This document shows, in pieces, positions 22,801 through 34,081 of a DNA stretch of 64,000 nt. The stretch lies in contig NW_005202427.1 of NCBI RefSeq assembly GCF_000372725.1, positions 310,001-374,000 of the forward strand, read 5' to 3'. A program made the position numbers and the translations under genes. The notes below the pieces were generated by a model. The model searched no databases. It was not told where the DNA came from and saw only the letters and a program-made list of their open reading frames with translations. Every line of letters starts with the position of its first letter. Position 1 is the first letter of the stretch. Source of the stretch: Emiliania huxleyi CCMP1516. Its lineage: Eukaryota.

Positions 22801-25800
22801 CGAGCGAGCGCCAAGTGCTGGTGCAGCTCTCGTCCGACCTCGCCACGATCAACATCTGCTGCCCCTCGGGCCACCGCGCCGGCGCGCGGCTGCTGCGTGA
22901 CGGGCACGAGGTGGCCGCACCCCTGCCCGGCTCGCCCCGACGCGGCGCCACACAGTCGCACCGACGCTCCACCGGCCACGCCGCCTCGCTCGCAGGTGAT
23001 GCCCTTCCGGCTCGAGTCCGCCTCGCGCGTCACGAGTGCGCTCGCCACGCCCGGCACCACCAGCCCTCGCGTCGCAATCTCCTTCCGCCAGTCGGGCCAG
23101 CTCCCCTCCTTCACCGCGCTCCTCGAGTTCTCCAAGCCGGCCGAGGCCGCGCCGTGGCTCGCGCTGGGCAGGCTGCTCGAGGCGCCGCCCGACGTGCTGC
23201 CGCGGCGGTGGCGCGCCCTCTACCTGCGCGCCTTCACCGCCTCGTGCAGCCAGCCCGCCCTCGGCCTCGTCGTGCCGGTCGAGCTGGACGCCTTCCTCCG
23301 CCGGCTCAACCTCGACCCGCAGGCGGCTCGGCCGCCGCCCTCGGCGCCGCGCGCCCGCACGCCGGGGCCCGTGACACGTCCACCCGCCCTCGACCCGCGC
23401 AGGTGGTCCTGTCGCACGAGCACGACCAGCGCGGGGCGGAGCAGCCGCCGCTCTCCGCGCTGGTCGGCTTCACGCGTGCATGCTCGCTGCTCCGCCCCGT
23501 CGCGCGCTGCCGCCGGCTCGACGACGAGCTGAAGAGCCTCGGGCAGCCGCCGCCGCGATCGCTGAGCAAGGCGGCCGCCCTCCTCGCGCCGGAGGCCCCC
23601 TGCCTCCGTCTCTGAGCACGCCTCGTTGGTTCGCAGGAGGCCTTCCTCAGGCTCATGCGCGCCTTGCGCCGGCCGCTCGGGCCCGCCGACGTGAGGCCGG
23701 ACGCCGCCGAGGTGCCGCCCGAGGGGAGGAGCGCGAGGCGGGAGGCGGGGCGGGAGTGCGCTGCAGCGTGTGTCGCGGTGGCCGTAGGCGGATCGGCGCC
23801 GGAGGTGCGAGCAGGGGCGCCGCACGCTCCCGGACAGCGACGACGAGAGCCGCCGCTCGCTCGGCTCGCGGTATAGCGGCTCCGGCCGCTTCGGCTCGAG
23901 CCGCTTCTCTCTGCTGTGGGAGCGGCCGGAGCAGCACTCTGAGACGCGCGTGGCGCGGGGCGGCTCGCACGAGAACCTCTTCTCGAGCTGGTCGGGGCTC
24001 GGCCGCCGCAGGGCCACCACGGAGCAGGTCAAGTGCAGCTTGGGCCGCGAGGAGATTGACAAGATCGTCAAGCCGGGCGCGACCGAGGCGGAGGCACGCG
24101 GGGCGATCGCGCTTGAGCAAATCCTGAAGAAGGAGCGCTTCACACAGCCGGAGGAGGGCGGCGTCGCTCTGAAGACACGCCGTTTACACCTAGCGCGCTG
24201 TGAGCAGGAGCTCGTCCTCGCGAAGGGCCGCTCCATGTCCTTTACGTCGCACGCGTCCGGCGGCTCGAGCGACGAGGAGCTCGACGAGTCGTCAAAGCTG
24301 AGCGAGAGGACGGAATCAGTGGCCTCGAGGAGCGGCGAGGCGTCGCGGTCGGCCGAGCGGCGCGAGAGGGCCGGCCTGGCAGGCATGATCGGTGCGTCCC
24401 TCCGGTCGCTGGTCCCGCCCCTCTCGCCGGCCAAGCCTGCGGCGCCGCGGCGGCAGCGGTCGCACGACGGCGCGGCGGCCGAGATTGCACTCGCTGACAT
24501 CGCGGAGGCGGCGCCGGCGCCGGCGAGGCCGCCGACGCGGGTCGCTCCTCCCCGGAGGCAGCGGTCGTACGACTCAGTCGCGGGCGGGCTGACCTCCAGC
24601 CTCCCTCTCGTCGTCAGCCGCCACCGCCGGCAGGCGTCCGACTCCGACCTGTGCGGCAGCGGCGGGAGCGAGGGACACCGCGGGCTCGCGGGGAGCGGCA
24701 CAGCCCCGCGGCGGCACCAGCGGCAGCTCTCGTGGAACGCCCCCCTGCGGCGGCTGGGGCACCCCGGGGGAGGCACCCCGCCGCAGCTCGAGGTGCAGCT
24801 CCCGGGAGAGAGCCTTGCGCGGCGCCGCTCGTCGGAGCTGTCCGCTTCTCTGCCCGATGGCGGGCGGGCCCAGGCCCTCTTCGGCGCCGTGACCGCCATA
24901 CAGTCCTTTCGCTCGCGCATCCGCGTGAGCCAGCTCTCGCCCGAGCAGGCCCGCGGGTCGGACACCGGCTCGGCGCTCAGCGCGCACGGCCACCGGCGGG
25001 CCAGGCCGCGGGGCCAGGCGACGGCGGTGGCGCGGGCCGGTCAGGAGGGGGACGCGGAGGCGCGCGCCGCGTTCGAGGCGTACGCTACGCGGGTCAACGG
25101 GGCGCTCCGCCTCTCCCGCGACGAGCTGCTCGGCGTCGTGTCGGACCCGGAGCTCAACGGCGCGGTGCACCCGCGCGAGAGCGCCGTGTGGCACGACATG
25201 ACCCAGCCGCTCTCGTCGTACCTCATCTTCACGTCGCACAACACGTACCTCGTCGGAGAGCAGGCGAGACACAGCCGAGGTCTAGCCGAGAGGTGGCCCT
25301 CGGAGCATTGTCCCTCGAAGCTGACCCATCCGTCCACCCCCGCCCCCTCTCGCCGCGCCCCGGACTTATTGGAGCGCGCGACCCAGCACGCGTGCCACGG
25401 CCCCCGGCACGGCATCAACCCCCCCCCCCTCTCCCGCTCTCCCCCTCACCCCAGGTCGTGGGCCTCTCCCTCGCCGCCGCCTACTCGCGCGCCATCGCAA
25501 TGGGCTGCCGCTGCGTCGAGCTCGACTGCTGGGACGGCGGAGCGCCCTCGTATGAGCCGATCCTGACGCACGGCAAGACGCTCACCTCCAACATCAAGGC
25601 GCGCGACGCGATCGCCACCATCGCCGCGGCGTACGAGGCGCTGCCTCCCGCCGCGCGCACGCCGCTCGTGCTGTCGCTCGAGATGCACTGCACGCCGCCG
25701 CAGCAAGTCAAGCTCGCCGAGCTCTTCAAGGCGGCGCTCGGGGAGCGGCTGCTCCCGCCGGGCGACGGCGTGCTGCGCTCGCCCCTCGAGCTGATGGGCC

Positions 25801-28461
25801 GCATCCTCCTCAAGGGGCGGGTCGTCCCCACCACCCACCCCGCCTTCAAGGGCTCCTCCGCCGCCGCCGCGCTGCCGCCGCGGCCCGCCGCGCAGGGCTC
25901 GTCCGAGGACGCCGCCCCCGCGGCGTGCGACGCGCACGCGTCGGTGCGCCAGCTCTCAAACGTCTTTGCGCCGCAGCGGTCCGAGTCGGGGCTCAGCATC
26001 GGGTCGCTGCAGCGCGGCGAGTCGAGCAGTTCCAACGGGACGGCCGCCGGCTCGGCTGCCGGCTCGCTGCAGCGCGCCGACTCGAAGGCCTCCGTCGCCG
26101 GCTCGCTGCAGCGAGGCGAGTCGGCCGGCTCGGTCGCCGCCTCGCTGCCGCGCGACGAGTCGAGGGACTCGGTCGTGGGCCCGCTGCAGCGAGGCGAGTC
26201 GGCGCCGGTGATCGGCTCGCTGCAGCGAGGCGAGTCCACCAGCTCGGTCTACTCCGACTACTCCGTCGGCACGGCCGCGTGCTCCAACTACTCGGGCACG
26301 ACCGCCGACTCGCCGCGCCACCGCGACGGCTCGCCCGAGCGCCGGGCCGCAGCAGCGGGGGTGGGCGACGGCAAGCGGCGGCCGCGGAGGCCGCGGCCGC
26401 GCGGCGCGTCTCGCGTGTGCAGCAAGGCGTCTGCGGCCCTCTCCTACCTCTCCACGGCGGGCCGCTCGGCGGCGGGCGGCGGCGGCAGCGGCAGCACGGT
26501 GCACTCGGGCCGGCTGAGCATGGTCTCCTTCGACGACGCTGCGCCGGTGAGCCGGAGCTTCTTTGTGCAGCTCCGCTCGTGCGACGGCGCCCGGCCGCAG
26601 CTGTGGCTCCACGGCGAGCGGCGGGCCGAGCTTGCTGCCGGCGGGCAGGCCGCCCCCCCCGAGGGCGAGCAGCAGGAGGCCGGCCCGCGGGGCGACGCCA
26701 AGGGCGGCGGGCTGCCGGAGACTGCCGACGCGCTGCTGTCGGAGGTGTCTGCCGTCGGCCCGCTCCCGTCGGGCCCGGCCGCCGCGGTGGCCGCCGCCGC
26801 GGCCGCCGTCGAGGAGCAGCCCGAGCTGCTCGAGGTGACGACGCAGGCGACGGCGAGCGGCCGCCACCTCAGCGTCGTCTACCTCGACGACGCGGCGAGT
26901 GGGCGGGCCGAGGAGAACGCCGAGCCGGCCGGCGGCGCCACAGCGAGTGGGTCGAGCGCGCCGCGGTTCCTAGACGCGGTCGGGTCAAAGCACTGCGTGT
27001 TTGAGGCCCCGAGCGAGGCGGCGGCGGCCGAGTGGGCCGCGGTCATCAACGACGAGCTCTGGCGTTCGGAGCAGTTCAAAGGGCTCAACCGCGACCGCAT
27101 CTCGCCCGACCTGTCCGAGATCACCCACCTCGCTTCGCGCAAGCTGGCCGCCGCGCCGGGCCACACGTGGCAGCCGACGCAGATGTGCTCCATCAACGAG
27201 CGCGAGGCGACCCGGCTGCTGCGCGAGCTCGACTCGGAGCAGATCGTCTCGATCAACCGGACGCGCCTCTGCCGCGTCTACCCGCACTACTCGCGCTACG
27301 CGAGCGACAATGTGCGCGTCCGCCGCCGCACACGCAGCGCCGCCGCACATGCAGTGCCGCCGCGTTGCCGCCACGCGTGCGCCGGCCCCGCTGCGGCTCC
27401 ATCCCCCCCTACCCCTCCCCTCCCCCTCCACTCTCCCCTCGCGGCAGGTCGAGCCGGAGCTCTTCGCCAACCTGTCCGCCTCCGGCTTCCAGATGGTCGC
27501 CCTCAACCTTCAGACCCCCGACGACGCCTTCGTCTACGCCTCCGCGCTCTTCAGCCAGAATGGCGGCTGCGGCTACCTGCTCGCTCCGCCGCGCTCCACC
27601 GGCCTCGCGCTGCGCGTCTCGCTGCTCTCGGCGCGCCACGTGCCAAAGGTTGGCGAGGGGCGCGTGGCCGAGCCGCCTCCTCCGTGGCACGGCAGCGTGC
27701 CGCGGCTCGACACAAAGAGCGAGCCGCCCTCCGGCGCCACGGAGGCTGCGGACGTGTACGTCACGATGCAGGTCATCGGGCCGGGCTTCTGCTGCGCCGT
27801 CAACCGCAGCGTCGCCGAGGGGCCGGGCGAGGCGGCAGACACCGACGCCGTCGCGAGGCTGAGGGGCCTGCAGCGGTGCGTGTGGCGCTCCTCGACCGTG
27901 CTCGGCAACGGCTTCAACGCCGAGTGGGGTGTCGCGCACGCGGACGAGGAGGGGCGCGCGGGCGCGGGCGGCGCGCCGCGCGCTGCCGCGGCCGAGGAGG
28001 CCGAGGTGCTCGCGTCTCGGCCCGAGCTGTCCGTGCTGCGTGTGTGCGTGTGGTCCGCGTCGTCGGCGCCCCTCAGCGCCTCCAACGGAGTGCCGGCCGA
28101 GTGGCTCGCGCCGTCGACCCTGCCGAGCCTTAAGGAGGTGGCGCAGAGCTCGGACACGCTGCTGGCGTACGCCGCCGTGCCGCTGCTCTCGCTGCGCGGC
28201 GGCGTGCGCGCCCTGAAGATGATGCACCCGAGGGGCGAGCCGATCGAGCTGTGCTCCGTCCTCTGCGACATCTCCCTCGCCGACGACGCCGTCCCCTTTG
28301 ACGACCTCTCGGGGGCGGGGTCGACCCCGCCGAGCGCGCTCGTCCCGGCGCGAAGTGGCAAATCGCTCCTGCGCAAGTTCATCATGCGCAGGGGCACATC
28401 GTCATCCACGTTATCGTCCTGCTCCGGTGGAGCAGCGGTCGCTCCTGCCGCCGAGGCTTGA
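19900..28461 (+). CDS. PLC: Very large phosphoinositide-specific phospholipase C (X, Y, C2) preceded by low-complexity, multi-TM and PH/EF-like regions; many introns
   Basis: X box DMTQPLSSYLIFTSHNTYLVGEQ, GCRCVELDCWDG, PILTHGKTLT, PLVLSLEMHC, SPLELMGRILLKG. Y box LCRVYP..SDN, GFQMVALNLQT, FSQNGGCGYLL. C2 NGFNAEW, PELSVLR. The PLC part (about 25100-28461) is secure; continuity with 19900-25100 rests on inferred splice sites. Confidence 0.8.
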
Positions 28462-28559
28462 GCTTGTCTGTAGTCTACGTATCCGACTCTCCTGCATATT
28501 TCGGGTTCGCATGGTGTGTGTGTGTGATAGAAAATAACATTAGGTCTCTAAACTGCCGA

Positions 28560-29997
28560 ACGTGGTGACAAAGACCGTCATGGGAGCGCGGGTGCGGCAG
28601 CAGCGAGCAGGCGGGGGTGCCACACGGAGCGCACCACGAGAGGATCATGCGGGGAGAGGCGGGGAAAGAGACCCCGGGCGCCGCCACGAGGAGCGAACTC
28701 AGGGGCTGCCTCGTCTGTAAGGCCGCGAGGGACGCGGCGAGGAGGGCGGCACTAAAGCGAGACCCGCTGTGTCCAGTCGCGCGGAAAGCCGCGCAGCAAT
28801 GGACCGAGGAAGATGAGAACCCGCCTAGGGCGACAATGGCGCACTTGCTTAGCGGCGCCTGCCTGGGGAATAGGGAGCAGGCCAGATGGTTCCTCAGAGT
28901 AGCGCGAGCGCAGACGGGGACGGCGATCAGCAAAGTAGCCCAGGCGGCACCCGACTCCAAGGATACGCTGAAGACGCTGAGGAAAGCGCATGTCGCTGCG
29001 CTGAAGGGCTCACGCTATAGGGTGCTGGATGAGGACGGGTACGATGCACTAGCCCCAGCCGTCGGGGGGGTGTTGCCGGCGCTGGTAGATGATCTCTCGG
29101 AGAAGAGCCGGAGGGACCTTGGCGCCGGGGTCACGAGGAACTTGCAAGTCGTGGCCGAGGCGGCGACGGGAGCGGTGCAGAGGTGGATCCAGCTCAATGA
29201 TGAGGCTACGGCGCGCATAATGAAGAGAGAGGAACACATCGAGTGGCTGAGGAAGCTCTTCACTGGGTGGAAGGAGGCTCGGCCGACCTTGAGGGAGTCG
29301 CGGAGGAGGAGGGATAACGGAGGTAACGTGCAGACAGGCCAGCAGCCAGTGGGACGAACGAGGGCCGCGACGGCGGCTCAAGCGGGAGGGAGCGGAGACG
29401 GTGGGCAGCGAGCGAAGTGGGTGAGACTGATGATGCTCCTTCGACTTAGGGAGCGGTGCAGCTGCTGGGCGGGCTTCAGGCTGGTGCTCACGCGAAAAGG
29501 AATCGACGCGATGTACAAAGCATACAAGAAGAGGAGAAAGAAGAGGACGGACATCAGTGATGACGAAACAGAAGCTAGCGCAGACGAGGGCAGGGCAGAC
29601 CCGGGGACGGCGGAGTCGGAGCAGACGGCATCGGCCGCCGAGGAAACGTTGGGAAGAGGCACGAGGAGGGCGGCGACCTCGACCGACTATGGAGGACCCG
29701 TCGCCAGACGACGCAGGGCAGAAGACGGTGAGGCGGAGCAGACGCGCAGGGCGAGACGAGGGAGGGAGCAGGATGTTGCTGAGATCAGCAGGAGGATGTA
29801 CGACGAGATTAGGAGCAGCAGGGACCCGAGGGACCATGTGGAAGACGGCTAGTGCTAGTCCCCCATCGGGAGGACGACCCCGGCTAGTCGCCGACCACAC
29901 CCACAAAGAACCCTGCACAAAGACCGCAGGGCGGGGACTTGTTCCTTTTCCCCATCTCCTAGTAGAGGTGTCCGTTTTATTTATTTATTTATTTAGC
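28560..29997 (+). mobile_element. 5'-truncated non-LTR retrotransposon 3' end (ORF 28617-29852 plus UTR and (TTTA)n tail)
   Basis: Purine-rich intronless ORF with CLVC...ATMAHLLSGAC (C-terminal CCHC-like). UTR motif at about 29863-29920 recurs inverted at about 36799-36856. GAGGTGTCCGTTTTATTTATT tail recurs inverted at about 39938-39960. Confidence 0.65.
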
Positions 29998-30023
29998 AGA
30001 TTTGGGTACTTGCCCCCGGCAAG

Positions 30024-30475
30024 CGCGTTTGTTCACGTAATCGTAAACGCACAACCCCGGGCCCGAAATCGCACAGAGTCACGCAACTCTGGGTCCCAGG
30101 CGCCAGGGAAGGCGAGCAAAAACCTTATCGCGCGCGCTAGACGCCGACTCGGAGGCCGCACCGGTCAGGCGCGCAGCCGGAGAGAGAGGGAGGCGCTCAA
30201 TCGCCGCACGCGGCGAGCGCCTCCATCCATCATCTCCGCCTCATACGCACCCTCCACCCCCGCGCCCGCGCCTGTAGCGTCCGTGCGCGCGAGGATGGCC
30301 TCGCCGGGTGGTGCGGCCGCAGCAGCTATGGCAGCAACCGCAACAGAGGCAGCAGCAGCGGCAGAAGTGTTCACGCGTTTGTTCACGTAAACGCACAACC
30401 CCGGACCTGAAATCGCACAGAGTCACGCAACACGGGGTCCCAGGGAAGGCGAGCAAAAACCTCGCGTTTGTTCAC
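30024..30475. repeat. ~100-bp imperfect direct repeat pair
   Basis: CGCGTTTGTTCACGTAA..ACGCACAACCCCGG..GAAATCGCACAGAGTCACGCAAC..CAGGGAAGGCGAGCAAAAACCT at about 30024-30125 and 30374-30462. Confidence 0.85.
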
Positions 30476-30599
30476 AGCTCAAGAGAGTCAAAAAACTTGC
30501 GTTATCGGGGCCGGCTGCACACAGCGGAGTCTCTCGCTGAAATCAACCCCTCAGAGCTCGCATTCCGGTCAATTTAAACCCACGCGCCTTTCTCAACCA

Positions 30600-31292
30600 A
30601 TGGCCCTCCGCACGGCGCGTGCTCCTGTTGGGTGGCTGCCGTACTCGCCCGTGGCATTCGCAACCGCGGTGGTGCTGATTAACGCCGCCGTTCGCCTCAC
30701 TGAGAGCGGCGGCCTCGAGCTGCGGCCGTTATCTGGCGCTGCTGCCATGCTGTCATCTCCGCCGATGCTCTGCTGTGCAGCCGCCGTAGCAGCTGGATGC
30801 TCTTGGGCCTGCCGCGCACAGCTCCCGCGAGTCGACCGGCTGGCAGCGATCTGGCACCTTGTGAACGCGACCTTCTTCTTCTTTGGGTGCGACGTGATGA
30901 GCGGCTTGTTTGGCGTCGTGCCGGCGATGTCGGAGCAGTACCTGACGATGGACCGGCGGCATGAACGGCGCAGGCACGAGCTCGACGCGATGTACTGGGC
31001 CGAACTCGCCGTCCACATCCCCTTCTCGGCGGCCGTCTTTTACGGCTACGTCTCCCGGTCCGCGTGGACGCCGCTGCTGGAGTCCTTCCTCGGAGGCGTG
31101 ACTCTCCTTGGCACTCTGGCATACTACGTGCCCGAGCTTCTCACCGGAGGGCACAACTGGCTCCCGGGCGCGGTCGGGGTCGCCACCACCGCCCTAGGCG
31201 GGGTCTGGATCGCGGTGCCTCTCTGCCTGCTGGCGCGATCGGTCCGGCAGGGCGGCGGCGGCTCCGCCGGCGAGTCGTGGAGGGCGAGGTGA
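30600..31292 (+). CDS. EBP/EXPERA-family (emopamil-binding, sterol isomerase-like) membrane protein
   Basis: Multi-TM ORF with RLAAIWHLVNA, EQYLTMDRR, WAELAVHIP, LLGTLAYYVPE and GVWIAVP. Confidence 0.7.
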   Translation: MALRTARAPVGWLPYSPVAFATAVVLINAAVRLTESGGLELRPLSGAAAMLSSPPMLCCAAAVAAGCSWACRAQLPRVDRLAAIWHLVNATFFFFGCDVMSGLFGVVPAMSEQYLTMDRRHERRRHELDAMYWAELAVHIPFSAAVFYGYVSRSAWTPLLESFLGGVTLLGTLAYYVPELLTGGHNWLPGAVGVATTALGGVWIAVPLCLLARSVRQGGGGSAGESWRAR

Positions 31293-31640
31293 GGAGCGCA
31301 CCGGACGTGTGGCTGCCACGTGGCGACAGCTTGTTGACTGTTGTCTAAATCGCGGACCGCCGTGACCGCTGTTGCGCCCACGTAGCACGTTCCCCGCCAC
31401 CTTCGAGGGATATGCGTCTCAGCCTCTCAGGTCCGGAGTTCTACGCTCTTGAGTCTCCTAATGATCCCTAGCTCTCGCCGAAGGCTGAAGAAAAATCGTA
31501 CCGTGTACTCCGATCTCACACACCGGAATGAGCAAAATGAGGCGAGCGACTGTGAGAGATCGGTGTGAGGCCGCGGGAGCAGCAGACGTTCAGTTTAGCC
31601 GATCAGTGGCATCTGGTGACCACCCTCGTACGCCCCCTGC

Positions 31641-32336
31641 TTAGCTGCGGCTGCCGAAGAGCCGCACGCAGAGGACGAGCGCCGCGGCCGCCACTGCCGC
31701 GGTTGCCGCGCCATGCACAACGCCCTCTCTGTAGCTGCGGCCTCGCGGCGTGGGCGGTGACGCGCGTCGCGTCTGCTTGAGGCACCACGCGACCGCCTCC
31801 TGCGGCGTGCTTGCAACGCTGTAGTAGTGCGCCACAGGGTGGCGTAGCATCCCGTCGTCGAACGCGCGCTGCATCTGCGCGATCACGCCATCATAGTAGC
31901 CGTTGACGTTGAGCAGCAGCACCGGCAGCGAGCCGCAGCCGACACCCACCTCGGCGACTGCCATGAAGAGCTCGTCAAAGGTGCCGACGCCGCCGGGTAG
32001 GGTGACGAGGCAGTCTCCCGCGTCGAGCAGCCTCCGCTTGCGCATGGTCAGGTCCGAGCCCTCGACGATCTCGAGCGACTCGAGCGCCGCTGCGTTCTCC
32101 TCGGAGAGCGAGGAGCCGCCCGGCTTGACAAACATGCGGTGCGTGATGCCGCGCACGCGGCCGCCGGCCGCGAGCACCGCCTCGTAGAAGGCGCCCATGC
32201 AGCCGGCGTTGCCGCCGCCGAATACGGCTATACAGCCCGCGTCGGCGATGCCGCGGCCGAAGGCGGCCGACGCCTCGACGTACGCGGGCGCCGTCTGCGG
32301 CGTGGAGGAGGCGAAGACGGTGACGCGGACGGCCAT
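31641..32336 (-). CDS. LOG: LOG-family nucleotide phosphoribohydrolase (lysine-decarboxylase-like) with C-terminal TM
   Basis: VFGGGNAGCMGA, MRKRRL, LPGGVGTFDEL (PGGxGTxxE) and LLNVNGYYD. Confidence 0.9.
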   Translation of the reverse strand: MAVRVTVFASSTPQTAPAYVEASAAFGRGIADAGCIAVFGGGNAGCMGAFYEAVLAAGGRVRGITHRMFVKPGGSSLSEENAAALESLEIVEGSDLTMRKRRLLDAGDCLVTLPGGVGTFDELFMAVAEVGVGCGSLPVLLLNVNGYYDGVIAQMQRAFDDGMLRHPVAHYYSVASTPQEAVAWCLKQTRRASPPTPRGRSYREGVVHGAATAAVAAAALVLCVRLFGSRS

Positions 32337-33810
32337 ACACGGGTGAGGCAGCCGTCACAACAACCCAGGCGGCAACTGAACGAAAATAACGCACGGGCCC
32401 TCAGCGGAGCTGGGAAGAGGACCGCCGCAAGCGGCGTGGCGTGGAGCGGTTGTGCATCCCTCCGGGGGCCCCTCTGCGCCGGGGAGGCGTTGTTGGAGGC
32501 TAGGACGCAAGCGTCCGTCGCCCTTTTCAAACTCGGGGCCCACTCCGCTACGCTCCGACCCGAATTTGGAGGGCCTAAAAGTTTAAGGTGTTGCTGCGCA
32601 AAAGGGGTCGGACACCGGGCGCAGCTCATGCTAAGAGCTAGAAGAGGAGATAGAGAGAACAACCACCCTGTCCCGTTATTGCGTACACCAACACCACAAA
32701 ACGCTCTATCTCTCCTGTCCTCACTCAGGGGGGTCACAACTACCGAGTCCCTCGACTAGCGCAGCTGGAGACGCTCCCCCCTCAATCGGCATCCACCCCC
32801 ACCCGCTCCAGCCCCACTTCTGCTGCCGAGAGAGCTGAATCGAAGCAAGCGAGCCATTGCATCTTGGCGTGCTCCTGCCGGAGCGCGGCTTTCTGCTTGG
32901 CGGCCACGAGCACGGCGGAGTCGGCGTCGTGGCGGCCACGAGCACGGCGGAGTCGGCGTCGTAGCGCGCAATCGTTCCCGCTCATCGCCCATTCCTCCCA
33001 CGTGACGTGTGTCGGCCGCGATTCGATGTCGCCACCTTCATCGCCAACGAGGACTCCCTCGACTGCAGGGGGGCTCCGGCGCGGGGAGGGACTCCGCCTG
33101 CTGCGCTGGCCGACTGCGCCCTCCTCCTCCATGGGCTCGATCCGATTCCGCAGCGGCGGTGCTGCGCGGGAGGCGGCCGCGGGCACGCTGGGCTCGATCA
33201 GCGGCTTTCCCTCAGTTGCTCCGAAAGCACGATTGGCGGCCGCTCTTGGTTTCAATTTTACGGATGTCTTGCCACCAGCTGAAGGCTTGCCCGGGCGCCG
33301 TGTTGACCGCCGGACGAGAAGTTTGCGTCGCCGAACGAAAATCCCACGATATGCACGAATTTTAATTATATTTTTTTCGTGTGGGGGTATGTCATGTAGT
33401 TGCCAATGGTACCGCGTCTGCGACGCGGGCGCCTTGCGGGCAGAGCCCTTAGTTAGCCACCCTTATGTCTTGCGCGGTCAAAATATGCAATCCCTAATGC
33501 CGTCCTCCCATCCCTCCCTTGATTTTTCTGTTTTCTTTCTTTCTTTATTTAACTGGCGGCACTGGCACACACCGGACAAACAGCGCGGCAGCGTTGACCG
33601 CACGGACGGCCTACTCGCCCAAGTACTCGCTCTCTTTTATGTCCCACCATGCAGAGCGCATCTCTCTCTCTGTTGTGCGAGGCGTGAACCGCGCCATTCG
33701 CTCTCACCTGGCAACCCTGTCTGCACGTCTCGCGCGCGTGAACAGGGCTCCAGGCCCCAAATTACGTGTGAGTGTTAGAGTTGTTTGGTATTGCTAAAAA
33801 TCTCTCACAC

Positions 33811-33962
33811 CGGGACTGGGAGGAGGTCCCGCTCGGGTTCGACACCAACCCGATGCTGCTCCGCGCCATGTGCATGGCGTTCGAGTGAACGCCGTGCAGG
33901 CAGCCCGTGCCTTTTGGTGTACCGCGTTTGTACCGCGTCCTGTGCCCCCGAGTTCCTTTAAT
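33811..33962 (+). mobile_element. ~155-bp SINE-like element, copy 1
   Basis: Near-identical (3 differences seen) to the reverse complement of 61902-62053. Contains B-box-like GGTTCGACACC and stem-loops. Confidence 0.75.
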
Positions 33963-34081
33963 AAAAGCACTGGCACACCTAATAGGTGTACCGGACAGGC
34001 TAAAAACGCGGTTCTCCGAATTTGCAAGGCGAGCGCCTTGCAGGCTTGGGGCTAGCCGAGCTCCGCTCGCTTTCACCAACC

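Noticed and set aside
20898..28409. Many long overlapping and antisense ORFs
   Set aside because: These are shadows of very high GC coding sequence and carry no motifs.
32899..32961. 31-bp tandem duplication
   Set aside because: Real, but it lies in an unassigned region with no evident splice or functional context.
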